A stretch of 64,000 nucleotides of DNA from Protoeuglena noctilucae (Eukaryota), in NCBI GenBank assembly GCA_958009085.1, contig OY253683.1:310001-374000 (forward strand). The letters are read 5' to 3'. Position numbers and translations under genes: made by a program. The notes under the pieces were generated by a model. The model ran no database searches. It was not told where the DNA came from and was given only the letters and a program-made list of their open reading frames with translations. Below are positions 23,301-35,571 of the stretch, piece by piece (position 1 is the stretch's first letter; every line of letters starts with the position of its first letter).

Positions 23301-25489
23301 CGTGGTTAGTTGGTAATCAAGAAATTATAGAGGCTTCGATTGTCTTTTCCAGGGCTCAAAACCAACGATGATGTCTGGCATGGGCAGCTGACGAGGCGAT
23401 GTGTGTGCTTGGGACAGGGGCAGCGATGTGTAGCTGTGACTGGGCCCCCTACTTACAGCAAAACCTGCACGCACCTGAGGAAGTTGAAGGCGACGCCGAG
23501 CAGGGCCGCAGCGGCGGCCGTGAGGGCGATGAAGGGCGCCTGGACGAGCCACTCGGTGTTCTGCAACGCGCCAAGACCGTCGAAGGACAGGAGGCCTGCG
23601 GGGGCGATACAGCAGGCAAGACATCCCAGTCGGCTCTCAGCTGGGGCATGGCCAGCGCTGGCGACGACTGGTGGTGTGACTGTCACGACGACAGGAAGTA
23701 AGGTGGCAAACTGTTCACGCTGTTCGCAGCGAGCGGCTCTGCGTTTGTGTCTCAGGCTCAGCCGCGGCATCGGGTGCGTTTGCGCGGCGCACCGAGGTTG
23801 ACGCGGTGGTTGAGCTGGGCGATGGTGAGCACGGCGAACACCGCCGCGAGGAAGCACCGCCAGGCGACCTTGCGGGACCAGAAAGAGCAAGCCTCCTCCA
23901 TGGCAAACATGACACCACCAATGGGAGCCCTGCGAGCGCAGGGAGCACGATTGTTATACACGCGTGCATCGGTGCACAGCTGCCCGACTTGCAATGACGA
24001 CGCACATCGTGAGGAAGGCCGAGGTGGATGCGCAGCTGCTGTGCGGCACGTCCACGCACCCGAACGCGGCAGCCAGCCCCGCAGCCGTCCCAGCGGACAC
24101 GAACTCTCGCTGGTCTGCGTCGTTAAAGCCCTGCTGGCTGATGACGCACGCGGCCGCCCCCTCCTCTTCCGCGTCCTCTGCCGGGGCGAACATGGTGCGC
24201 CGGCGCGTGACGCAGCACAGCACGCTGTCCAGGTAGCAGTGGAAGTGCGTCAGGGTGGACGCCACGGCCGCGCCGATGTGCACCATGGGGCCCTCGGGCC
24301 CCACCGCCAGGCTGGGGAGGCGAGGGCGCAGGTGATTACATGGACCAGGCCGGCCACAGCAGAGATGCACAGTACGACTTGAACGCCTTCCCTTGTGGGC
24401 CATGGCTGGCACGGCATAGCAACATGACGGCGCTCTCTGCCGGGCTCTCTTAGACCCTCCCACAACCTCCCACAGCGCCAGCAGGAGGTCTAGCATGGGG
24501 CCTGTCATGGTGTGCATCAACGAGCTCACCTGGCGGAGCAGGTGCAGATGGTTCCCACGACCTTGACGACCAGGGTTCGGAGGCGCAGGAGGTCCGGCAC
24601 GTGGTTGCCGTTGAGGTAGGCCATGACTAGGGACACCCCCGCGCCGGCCGCCTTGGGGGCGTACAGCTGCACCAGGATGGCCGCCAAGGACAGGATGACG
24701 GAGCTCCAGAACCAGTAGAAGATGAAGGCTGACACAATGCTCTGGTGCTCCTGGGAATGGAATAGGATAAAAGGGCCTCGTGAGTGTGTGTGTCTCTAAG
24801 ACTGCGTGGCATGCGCAGGGCGGGGAGAGACCACGGGTGAGGGGGTGCGCGTTCGTCCAGCCATCGCGATATGAGCCTCGCCTGCGGTGTCCCCTGGGCG
24901 TTGGTCATGAGGTTGTCAATCAGGTCGTTTCGGATGTTCGTGGCCGTGGCCGACACATAGCCTGCGCAAGGACGCGACTTGCAGCGTTCGTGGCACGACG
25001 GCTGCAGAGACATGCAAGCAGCGCGCGTCTGCAGGGCAAAGCGCGCGGCGCACCGATCAGGGCGGCAAGGAGTCCGGTGATAATGCCCGTGCACGTCACC
25101 ACGACGAACTTGGCGAGCGTCTGGCCCGTGTACCCGTACACCTTTCGGTTCTGGGGCAGGTGGCCCTGACGCTCGTGGAACAGGTCGTTCTGAATCGGCT
25201 CATAGTCTGCGCCAGGGCACGAGGCTGCACGGTTGACCTCCTCCCAGCGCCCTCGGCGCGGCAGCCCTTGCAAGCTCGCTGTGCACAGTCACTCCTCCAT
25301 TCGCGAGCGCACCGCTGCCTCACCCAGGCTCTCCGCAGGCAGCTGGGTGGCGTCGGGCCCAGCAGCGCCCCCGATCCTGCGCAGAAGGTCCGCGACCCTG
25401 CTGCTCGGTCTGGGACTAAAGGCTTGCTCTTTTGACTCCGCATCCAAGCCCGCGCCCCGCAGCAAGGGCTGCGGATCGTTTCCCTCCAT
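20325..25489 (-). CDS. CLC-family anion transporter with two CBS domains, many exons
   Basis: DYE N-terminal motif, AGAGVSLVMAYLNG, GPEGPMVHIGA, GTAAGLAAAFGAPIGGVMFAMEE, VPAGLFMPSILIG, GVFRSSISLVVIVVE, GVYE, CBS motifs HNGFPV and LGLRHLCVV...VVGIVTRKDL. Confidence 0.93.
22229..22311. repeat. Intronic 27-nt direct repeat (GAGGGCAGGAGGAGAGGGTTGGGGCGA x2, 56-nt period)
   Basis: Identical copies at 22229-22255 and 22285-22311. Confidence 0.85.
22444..22527. repeat. 42-nt tandem duplication spanning a CLC exon/intron boundary
   Basis: Copies at 22444-22485 and 22486-22527 differ at two positions; a degenerate third copy lies just to the left. Confidence 0.9.
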
Positions 25490-26251
25490 GCCCGCAGCCC
25501 ACGCTGCCCTGCCGCCGGTGTAGGCCTCGGGCTGGGCGTCAGCGAGGACCTAGCTCATCCGCTGCAAGGCTGGAAAGCCGCAGTGGCCGCGACAGGGGCG
25601 ACGTCGCCTGCACCTGCACACCAGCGCAGCTTGCAGTCGATGGAACGCGCAGGGGCCAAGCCTCGCGTGCCACCAGCGGATGTGGGATGTGCGGCATAGC
25701 ACGTGCTCGGGCCCGCAGCGAGCGCGGACAGCCGAGTCGGGCACGTCGACAATGCGCCAGTGACCAGCAGCTGATGCGCACCTTTGCGCCCCCGGCGCCT
25801 GAATCTGACGGCAGATTCCGCAAACACGTTTGTTGCTGTGCCTCTTCATCCCTAGGCGAGAGGTCATTGGCGCGGCACACGCAAAGTTGCTTGCTTCTTG
25901 GGCACCTCCCCGTTTCTGCACGCGATCGCGGGCAATGGCGTGGCAGACAGCGTCCAACCTCGTCAGTAGCGGGCGGCTGGCGTCCGCGAGGACAGCGCCG
26001 GCAGGTGCCACACGGTCGGATGCAAAATCCAGTGCATTTGGCCGCACCGAGCGATGGCATGCCCGGAATGTGCTTGCATCGTCTTCATGAAGCTTTTGCT
26101 CTCCTATGTGGCGGGCCGTTAGCCCCATTCGGGCCACGACGGCTGTCTGAGACGCCCGAGCTCACGCGGGGTTGCATTCGAGCCCAGCTGAGGCCCAGGA
26201 GTCCCTCCACTTGCAGGGATATCGTGCCGTCCGCTGCGTGTATCGACTATC

Positions 26252-27308
26252 GTGCGCAGTGAGGGCGGAGACGACGGCCGTATGTCCTCTTCTGGGCCGG
26301 GGTCGTCGACGTCCCCCGCCTCTGGCGAGCGTAAGTCCAAGATCGGCATCAAGGGCGGCATCGATGGTATCTTGGACTTTGCCCTTGCGGGCCCCAAGAT
26401 GCGCAAGTGGTACAACGAGGAGGAGGACGAGGGCTTGCAGGCGGTCAAGGGGCGCGGCCGGGAACGGGAGGGCGGGACCGGCGGCGAGGACGAAGCTGAG
26501 CCGACCACGCGGGACGGCATCCTCGTCATCGGGGCGGAGACCGCGCTGGGCGACGCCGTGCTGATGCAGCTTATCCTGCAGAGGCAGCCAAACGTGACGG
26601 CGCACGTGAAGAGCGTGGAGAGGGTGCGCACACAGTATGCCGAGTACGTGCGGCCCATGTCCGTGTCCCTCGATTCCGGGGCGATGGGCAAGGCGCTCCG
26701 GGGCACTCGGGTGGTCATCTGCTGCGGGCCTGTCGCCAACCTGGTGAGTCGCGCCACGCATGACGCCAGCCTCACGCCGCTGCTGGGAGGCAACACTCGG
26801 CAAGAAGCGCCACCCCCTTTGCGCGCGCAGCCTGCGTCCGCGAAGGCGGCGGTAGTCGAGCACTTGGTGTGCGTGGACGTGGAGCAGCGGTCCAGCGGCC
26901 CATTCGGCCTAGGGGGCAGCGAGGACGCACAGCTGGAGCCCGCGATTCCGAAGGCGTGCGTGGCCAGCGGGGTGCCTACCACGGTGGTGCGCGTCAAGCA
27001 GATCTCGGGGCGCCCCACCGTAAACGCCCTCAGCTTTTCGCTCGACGGGGAACCTCAAGGGGCCGTCTCCAGGTGCGTCTCGAGATGGCTTGCAGTACGA
27101 TGCCGATCGGCGACTGCCGGGCACCCGATAGATCGCACAGAGACTGGTTCTCACGTTATGTCACCTCTTCTCGTGCAGGGAGGACGTGGCCCTCGCGGCC
27201 GTCCAGTGCGCGCTGGGCAAGGCGCCCCCGGGTGCCCGGCAGCTCTCCCTCAGCTTTGCCGGGTCCGGCGTCGCTGACTGGGGCCAGCTGGAGGCCCTGC
27301 TGGCGTAG
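26252..27308 (+). CDS. NAD(P)-binding Rossmann-fold (atypical SDR-like) protein, likely organellar; true start probably upstream
   Basis: ILDFALAGPKMRKWY, ILVIGAETALGDAVLMQLIL, KALRGTRVVIC, GVPTTVVR, QGAVSREDVA; TAG at 27306-27308. Confidence 0.7.
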
Positions 27309-27344
27309 CGCGGCGCGCCGACCGGCGATCGCACCGTCGTTGAA

Positions 27345-30016
27345 TCAGGCAGAGGCAGGGACGACATCCAGCGCGGCCAGCTTTGCCTGGTACGCGGCGT
27401 CGCTCGCCATTGCGTACATGACGACAGAGGACGCCTGGACTTCCCCGTCGCCCCACAGCGCCGCTACCTGCGCCAGCCGCCCCACCCGTGCTTCCGGCAT
27501 CGTCACCAGCCACGCCAGCATCCCTACATCCTCCTGGCCCACCCGCCAGCGGGCCCACAGCGCCGACCACTCCGGGTGCCCCCCGCACGCCGCCTCCAAC
27601 GCCCAGACGTTCCTTAGCACCTTGTCAACACTGTACGTCAGCATCATGGGCCGCGCCAACACCATCCGCATCACTGTGCCCGTTCCGAGCGTCTCCGGCT
27701 CCAACTCTGAGAGAATTTAGCGAGAGAAGGCTGCTGCATCAGCACTACGACGCAGGCAGACTGAACACAAGCAGGGTGGGTGCGCCCACCCATTGCAGCC
27801 GTGAACCGCCACGCTCACCTCGGCGGTACCGGGATATCTTGAGCTGAAGCTTGTCCACCGGATACGACGTCATGGGCGACTTGAGATACTGCAGGATGAA
27901 CGCCCGGGCCTCTCCCCGACTCAGCCCACCCGCATACCGCACGAACTCGAGCATGTCTTTGCTCCTGCGCGCGTCAGACGCGGCTTTGAGCTCATCGCGG
28001 TACACCCTGCCGGCATGCACCGCTCCTCAGCTCCCCACGCCCCATGTCCTGGCTAGGTGAGCGATTGCGCCCCGCTCACCTCTGCACGATCGTCTCGGTG
28101 GAGAGCCGCAGGATGCTTCCGTTTTGGTTGATGGCCTTGCAGATGTCACCCTCCGGCACGCCAAGGTAGTGCCTCAGCTGCTTGCGCGCCGTGTCCACCT
28201 TTGCGTTCACCGTGTCGGGGTTCATTGCCAGGAGCGCCGCGTGGCGCCTGAAACACAGAGGCGGGTGTCGTCATGTGTAAGCTCAGCTGCCGCCCGGCTC
28301 GTGTGGAGGCCAGGGTGCGACAACCCCGTGCCACCACTGCCTTGCACATGGAACGTGTCGAAGCTCATTGCCCATATCAGTGGCATGCAAGCACGCCACC
28401 TGAGAATGTTCTTGAGATCGAGCCATTGCGCGTGATCCCTGTGGCCCAGCACCGTCGCCAGCCATTTCTCGATGCCCTTGCCCGTCGAGCGCAGGACTTG
28501 CGGGTTGGTCCGCCACGTGGAGGGCCGCAAGACAGCGTCTGCCAGCCAAGACACGTCCACGCTGGCCCCGCCACTTCCCTCCCCTGCGAGCCGACCAACA
28601 GAGCGCCGGGAGCTCGCTCGGGCTGCCGATGAGCTTGCCCAATCGTCAAGTCCTTGCAGTTGACAGCGATGGACAGTCGAGGCGGCTCTGCCACATACCT
28701 GGCAACCGCACGCTCTGGAGCTGTCGGACGTCCAGGAACCATCGCTCGAGCGCAGAGGGGAGCGCCCCGATTGTCAGCACGCGTGGGTATGTCGTTGCCA
28801 CCTGCGGTTGGTAGCAGCCCTAGGGTAAAGATCGACACGCCCGTGATACGCCTGCTGCCATGGAGCTAGGCTGTTGCATTATCAGCTGACGATTGATATT
28901 CTCCCAGCGCACCTGTCGCAAGTCGAACCCGACTTCCTTGGCGGCTGGCATCTGGGACACGGCACGGCTCGCCGCGGCAAGCGTGGCCGGCGTCACGGTG
29001 AGGATGCAGGGCAAGCGTCGGATGATTAATCGGACGTTCATCCAATCCAGCTCGTCCCTCGACTGCACGTTGCGCACCCATGCACTGCGGCAGGAAGAGC
29101 AGGCAGAGACGTCGCACGCATCACGTCGCTCCCCTTGCGCACATGCGGCACTCCCCAACCCGCACCTCAGCGCATCCCCGTCCACGAGCTGCCACGGCAC
29201 CATCTTCTGGGGCGTTGTCAGGGCCCGCACGGCGCTCTCGTATGGAATGCCGATGCCCTTCTCCCAGAACGCGACCGCATCCGCCACAGGGTCGCCGGTT
29301 GGCCTCGGCAGCCACCCGGGCCCGGCCTCCAAAGTTTGCGCGCCCTCTTGATCAGAGGCTCCGGCGACAGCGTCGCCCACGAGGCGTCGCAGAAGCTCAG
29401 ATGCGCTGCGCGTGGCTTCCGCCATCTCCCGCTGCATCCTCTCCGCATCCTCGGCGGCGATGCGTTTGACGGGCGAAACATGCGAGGTTTTCTTGTCGAC
29501 CTGGCCGGCGACGGGCGGCTCCTTCGACCTGCGGGGGCTGTGGATGGCGCCGTCACGTGTGGACCTAAAGCACGTCCTCGGTTGCGCACTCCGACAGCAA
29601 ATTCCTCACGTGTCTCGACTCTGCTTCTTCACCGAGTCCTTCCGCGGAGCCTGCGGGCCGCGCCTGTCCTGCCGCCGCTTGTCTCGGGGCCGCATAGGGT
29701 CCGCGCGCTGACCCTGGCTTGAGGCGGCACCGCGAGCAGTCTTGTCCGCAGGAGCGCGTGAAAACGAGCGAGAGGATCTCCTGGGGCTCCTTGAAACCTC
29801 TTCCCGATCCTTGCCGGCGTCTGCAGGGCTCTCCACGCCCTTGCTCACGTGTAGCCGTGTCTCTAGCGCCCGCGAGCCGCTCTTCACGCAGTCCCACGTC
29901 TGGACACGACTCAGAAAGAACACAGGCCGTCGCCAACGACGGAGTGTGCCCCCGGCCGTGTCATGGAGGCACCGTCCACCATGAGGCCCGGCGCCGCCCG
30001 TGGACGCCCGCTGCAT
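27345..30016 (-). CDS. mTERF-like helical-repeat protein, multi-exon
   Basis: Repeated P-x-x-L-x-x-S/T-x-x-x-L-like units: RLPCILTVTPATL, LLAMNPDTVNAKV, GSILRLSTETIVQR, SPMTSYPVDKLQLKI, ARPMMLTYSVDKV. The N-terminus is Arg-rich and low-complexity. Confidence 0.55.
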
Positions 30017-30267
30017 GGGACGGCCTGGCGCGTCAGATCCGAGACATTGCGTTTTAGGAAAGCTCGGCGTCAGCGGTCTCGTTTTGCGATTCAACGAAGA
30101 AAAACGGGATTACTTGCAAGGCTGACTTGCAAGGGGGTCAGCATGGCAACACCACTAACCTAACTGTGCCGAGGCATGGCCTGGCCCCGCCATCAGAGGC
30201 GGTTGCGGCTCGTAGCACAGCCAGCGGCACACGGAGCAGCCCACTCGCATCGGGGCTCCTGCTAGCC

Positions 30268-31878
30268 CTAGGGGAGCGGCTCCTGCTTGTCGGCCAGGCG
30301 GCTGAGGTGCAGGTAGGCGTCCGTGCCGTACCCCTCCATGCTCAGCACCTGGAGATCACCCCCGAAGTACCGCGCGTACAGGCGGCTGATGGGCAGGCCG
30401 TAGCCGTACCCGGCCAGCGCCGCAGGCATCTGCGGGTTCTCCAGGTCCGCGCCGCCCATCGGGTTCTTCGCAGTCGTGTAGAGGTAGGTCCATATTCGAG
30501 GCAGGCCGGACCGGGCGATGCCGCCTCCCTCGTCCGACACCTTGATCGTGATGTCCTCGACCCCCTCCGCGACGACAATGCGCACGGGGGGCGGCTGCGG
30601 GCGCAAAAGTTGCGCGGGTCACCCTCCCCGTCCCGCGCCTCGCAGGCGCCCCTCACGCTTGGCACGCCACGCCCCATATCCCACCCTAGCTCCGCCCGGC
30701 CCCCGCACCTCTTCGTTCGAATCCTCGAACCGGTCCTGCACCGCGCGCAAGGAGTTCTTGATCAACTCGAACAGCATGTGGTGGAGGTGCCCCGGCACGT
30801 AGGGGAACGTGAGGTTGGGGGCGCCGTATATCTCGGCCTCGGGTGCGCATCCGTACTCGCGCAGGCAGATCTCCCGCGCGCCCGCGATTGCCTCTTGGGC
30901 AACCGCGATCGGCGACGTCTTCGTGTTGATCAGCCCAATGTGGTTGGGCTTTGGCGGCTCGTGCAGCGTGATGTGCTGGCCGATGAGCATGCGGATTCCC
31001 ACGCGGGACATGTAGAAGCCGTCCAGGAACTGGTGGATCTCGGGGATGTCGTTCTGCGGGCAAGGAGAGCTGGCAGCAGGCATGGAGCGCGGGCAGCAGA
31101 GCGTCGCCGGGGCGAGCCGCTGTGCTGCTGCGAACTAGGCAGCCCTCACCAGGTTCTTGCCGCCCACCCTGCCGCTCGCCAGCTCCTCACGCAGCTCCAC
31201 GACGCCCTGTGCCATCAGCGGCACGACCGTGACGTGCCGCTCGTAAATCTTGCGCAGTAACTCCGTGAACTGCACCTCCTCGGCGGCCGTGCGGACGGCC
31301 GGGAAGCTCCGGATGTCGCGGAAGGACTGCACGTACATGTCGCGAACCCTCTGGATCGGCGCCTTGTTCGACAGACCGTACGGGAGGTTCTCCAGCTCGG
31401 CGACGCGGTGTGCCAGGCGGATGGGCAGCTCCCCTCGGAGGAACTGCGGGGAAGGGGGGGACGCGGGGTGATGCCACGCAACATCGGCAGGAAATGCACG
31501 AGATTCCGGCGGCCATGCGCGCTTTACCTGCGCGGAAAGGATCATCTGCCGCTCGAAAGGGTTGGCCCCAAAGTCCAGCATGTACTTCAGCGAAACCCCG
31601 GTCTGCTTCTTCATGGCACACGCGAACACATCGTTGACGACCTCCGGCGGCACGGTGTCCTGCGGCGAGGAGGCGGAGGGCTCCCCAACTCAGTGACGAA
31701 ACGCCACCATTTCTTGTGGCTCCGGTCGCGCGCCTGGGCGCCGGGCGAACGCAGCTGAGGACGCAGAGACGCAAAAGGGGACCTCAACAATATCCGGGGG
31801 AAAGCCGCTGCGCACCTGCAGCCTCCTCGGCAGGGCCTCCGAGGCCGCGGCCAGCGCAGCCCGTGTCGCTCGGAACAT
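30268..31878 (-). CDS. PDK: Mitochondrial pyruvate dehydrogenase kinase
   Basis: KQTGVSLKYMLDFG, FLRGELPIRLAHRVAELENLPYGL, FLDGFYMSRVGIRMLIGQH, HLHHMLFELIKNSLRA, IKVSDEGGGI, LAGYGYGLPISRLYARYFGGDL, MEGYGTDAYLHL; presequence MFRATRAALAAAS. Confidence 0.96.
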
Positions 31879-32483
31879 CTGCTGCTGCGGCGAAGACGAG
31901 GGCGAGATCAAGCTTAGCGCCACCATCACGATGACCCGGGCGCGGGCAGCGCGCCCCCCCCCTTCGAGGCCCAGCTGGGCCGCGGGAAGGTGAAGAGTGC
32001 GCACTGAACCCGCGCGGGGCCTGGCCTGCTCGCCACCGCGCGTCACCCGAGTGCCGGAACGACGACATGCAATCGCGTTGCAGCACTATCGGACCGCGCA
32101 CACGGCGCGGCTGGCGGGAAGGGCGCGGCCCATGCGCGCGCGTAAGGCCACCCTCCCGAGGCCCCCGCGCAGGGCGCCCGTGAAACCTGGGTGGCCCCGT
32201 CCGCCTAGGTGGCCGGTCCTCACCTGTGCCAACGTCATATGCGTCACCGAACGCGCCGCGTTCCGGCCTGCCGCGGGAGGTCACCGGACCCAGATCTCCA
32301 CGGACCGCTGTCGGGTCCCACCGCGACGATGTAATCTATAAGTTCCGGCGCGCTGTCTGTCGCCCCGGGCCAAGGCCGCAAGGGCCCCTGGTCTCCATGA
32401 GAGCGCGCGTGGAAGCCCAGAGCCCTACGCCGACAGCATTTCAACAAAGATGTGACGGGGCGCTACGGAGCAGTCGCGGGGAA

Positions 32484-33987
32484 CTAGTTGCTTTTCTTGC
32501 CAGTGATCAGGTTAAACTTGATGGTGCCCATCCGGAACCCCTCGGCCATTAGCGGCATCACTGCGGAGAGGAAAGTCGGGGGTTTACGCGGCGGAACCAA
32601 CAGAAGCCAGTCTCACGCGTTGCCATGCCCGTCACGCACCGAGTGCTCCCTTGAGGGTCGTCCAGCCGGCCTTGAGGAGCCCAGCCATCCCACGGCCCGT
32701 CAGGGCGCTGCGAATCACGCGGCCCCAGAAGGGAGCGACGAGGTCCGACCAGTCGTCTGCGGGAAAGGTCGGTTCGGTGACCATCGCAGGGGGGCCACGC
32801 GGGCTTCTACGCTCCTGACGGCAAATGCCACGCACCCACACGGACGTCCTGGAAGCCCCGCTCTCGTAAGAGCTTGCTGTAGTCCTGCGCCGAGCACCAG
32901 GCCGGCAGGTAGTACGCCTCGCAGATCCTGTCCAAGAGGTTCTGCTCCTCGGGCCTGCGGGTGGCCGGCAGGTGGTCGAGGGTGCCGTGCAGGAACCTGG
33001 TAAAAGGGGACTTCTCTGCAAGCTGTCCACACGCACCTGAGGCTCTCCCCGGGCATCAGCTCCCGGTGGCACCAGGTGACGATCAGCACGCGCCCCCCCG
33101 GCGCGCAGACGCGGCACAGCTCCCCCACGAACTTGGCCTTGTCGGGCATGTGCTCCCCCGACTCCATGGACCACACCTGCGGCGGCGTCCAGCGCGTGGA
33201 AGGTCAGCCCACGGGCATGGCAGGACTGGGCCTGAGCGCGATGCGAGCGACGCATCTCACCAGGTCGAACTTCGCGTCCGGGAAGGGCATGGCGAGGGCG
33301 TCCGCGACCGAGAAGGTGCACCTGTCGCTGAGGCCCTGCACCCGGCTCAGCTCATTCGCGCGGCCCGCCTGGTATGGCGACAGCGTCACGCTCTGCGCCG
33401 TGCAGCCGAACTTGCGCGCGATGTACCTGGAAGAGCCGCCGACTCCGCACCCGACGTCCACCATGGATGTGACGGAAGTCACGCCTGCCCACCGTAAGGA
33501 CTCGTCGATCATTCGCTCCTGGGCCTCACGGTCGGAAATCGTTTCCCCGGGCCTGCGTCGATCGGATGCTGGAGATGTGATTGCGTCGGAGCTGAGCCGA
33601 GCTAACGACGGTCCCCAGACCCTCAGAGAGGCCCTCCCAGGGTTGCCCCCCGACCTGTACAGCCCGTGGTGCATGTGCTCTCCCCAGATGTCCTCCCAGA
33701 GGCCGGAGCTCTCGTCATAGAAGGACGCAATGCCCTCGTTGAGCGTGGACGCCTTGGTCCCGAGGCCGATGACGGGGCGGAGCAGGTCTGTGGCAGGAGT
33801 CACGCCGATGCAAAGGTGCAGCAGCACAGCCACGCGTGCGCTTCGCTGCGTCAAGAGAGCACTTCACAGACTCACCTGCAACTCCCACGCGCGCGATGGA
33901 TGCGGTCCTGGCCACCGGCTGCGGCGCATTCCGCCTCCCCGATGCCCCTGTGGTGAAAAACCCGCTCGAGCCGTCGACACAGCCCAT
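32484..33987 (-). CDS. VTE4: Gamma-tocopherol methyltransferase, multi-exon; start approximate
   Basis: GIASFYDESSGLWEDIWGEHMHHG, MVDVGCGVGGSSRYIA, FDLVWSMESGEHMPDK, PGGRVLIVTWCHR, DWSDLVAPFW, GWTTLKGALVMPLM...IKFNLITG. Confidence 0.95.
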
Positions 33988-34382
33988 GCGGAAGATCGAT
34001 CCATCACTCATTGCAAGGATCAGTCGTCGTGCGTGGATCTGTTACCTGCGAAGGCCCGCTGGGCCCCTAAAGGAGTTGCAGCCATGGTTGGGAGTGCGAG
34101 GCCAGGCCGCGGCGATGCGCGGAGATTTGTCGGGATCGAAGGGAGATGGAAGCCTCTGTCCCGTTGATCGAGCGCTGCAAGAGACTGCGTGCGGTTTCCC
34201 GCGGCGCCTGCACTTGCCGTCTCGCGCGGGTCGCCAGTCTCGCCACGTCAGCCAGCCCCTTTCGGGGGCCAGCGAGCTGGCGGCCTTGACATGTCGCCGA
34301 GCCGGGGTGTTGCGACGACGCGGTAGTTTCAGGCACTCCTCGATGGAATCCCGCCCAAGATAGGGCGAGCGGGGGGAACAGG

Positions 34383-35405
34383 ATGGGAACGCCCTCCGGA
34401 GCGACGTGGAGCAGCGTGCTCTTCGGCGGGGTGCGCGTCGCGAGCGGCAACGAGCAGTCGGAGGCACGCGACCTGGCCAGCACACCCGTGGAGGACGCTG
34501 CGCATTCGGACTTCCAATGCGCGGTGTGTCTCGGCAACGACGGGGCCCAGGCGACCGTCAAGGCCTGCGGTCACAAATTCTGCGAGCGGTGCATCACGCG
34601 ATGGTGTGGTGAGGCTGCAGGGCGCGCGTCTATCGATCCTCGACGCAGCGTTTGGGGGAGAGATGACGAAAGCAGCGCCTCTGCCGTGCGCGCAGAGACG
34701 CGAGCGCGGGCCAAGTGCCCGCTCTGCCAAGCCGACGCGCGCCAGCTGCTATTGAGCGGGGGCGCCGAGGTCCGCGTCGAGTTTCGGGAGGTCCTGCCCG
34801 AGGAGCCGCGGCCTGGACCCCGCCCGTCGTCGTTCCGGGGCGAAATCGAGCGCCTTCAAGCGCTCCTCGTCCGCACTCGCGACGAGCTTGCCCGGGACCT
34901 CGCCAGCTCTTCCTCGTTGCCGGATGACGTCGTGTGCGTTGCGTTCGACACGATGGATGAAATTGGGGCGCGCCTCGAAGCGCATATCGACGCTTTGCCG
35001 CTGCTCGGGGACCCGGACGACCTCTTGGGCGAGCTGCTGAGGCTGGAGGGCCTCTTGGGGAGGATAGGCAACGGGCATTTCGACAGGATCCAAACCGAGG
35101 GGGCCAACGTGCTGAGGGGGCCAGCGCGCTGGGACGAGGCGGCCGCGCGGCCGGCGTCGGCTTCGGGAAGCGACTGCGACGATTTAGACGACACCTACCT
35201 CGAGGGTGAGTCTACGTGCTGGGGCAGACCTGCCCAGTCGTGCTGTCACGTGCTCTGCATGCCTGGCCATGCCCAGCAACCAGGACCTCGCACGCGCAGA
35301 GACGATCTGGAGGACGAGTTGGTGTCGCGTGGCGTCTGGAACGGGGGGCTGGGATTGCGGCGTACCCCAGGCCCAGCCCCCCGCCGCGGGCGCAGACGAC
35401 GTTGA
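34383..35405 (+). CDS. C3HC4 RING-finger protein (putative E3 ligase), possible intron near 35206
   Basis: CAVC...ACGHKFCERC...CPLC, with an insertion before the last Cys pair. Confidence 0.8.
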   Translation: MGTPSGATWSSVLFGGVRVASGNEQSEARDLASTPVEDAAHSDFQCAVCLGNDGAQATVKACGHKFCERCITRWCGEAAGRASIDPRRSVWGRDDESSASAVRAETRARAKCPLCQADARQLLLSGGAEVRVEFREVLPEEPRPGPRPSSFRGEIERLQALLVRTRDELARDLASSSSLPDDVVCVAFDTMDEIGARLEAHIDALPLLGDPDDLLGELLRLEGLLGRIGNGHFDRIQTEGANVLRGPARWDEAAARPASASGSDCDDLDDTYLEGESTCWGRPAQSCCHVLCMPGHAQQPGPRTRRDDLEDELVSRGVWNGGLGLRRTPGPAPRRGRRRR

Positions 35406-35571
35406 CGAGCGTTTCTGTTGTTGACAACTTCCCATGCGCCACCGGTCGTAGAAAGCGATTCAGAGGCCTGCAGTAGCAGCAGTGGGGTTAGCTAGCGACA
35501 TCAATGCAGTGCGAGGTATTGTGAGGTGCCGGCTGAAGGAACACAGAAAGGAAGACAGCGTGCGCTAGTGT

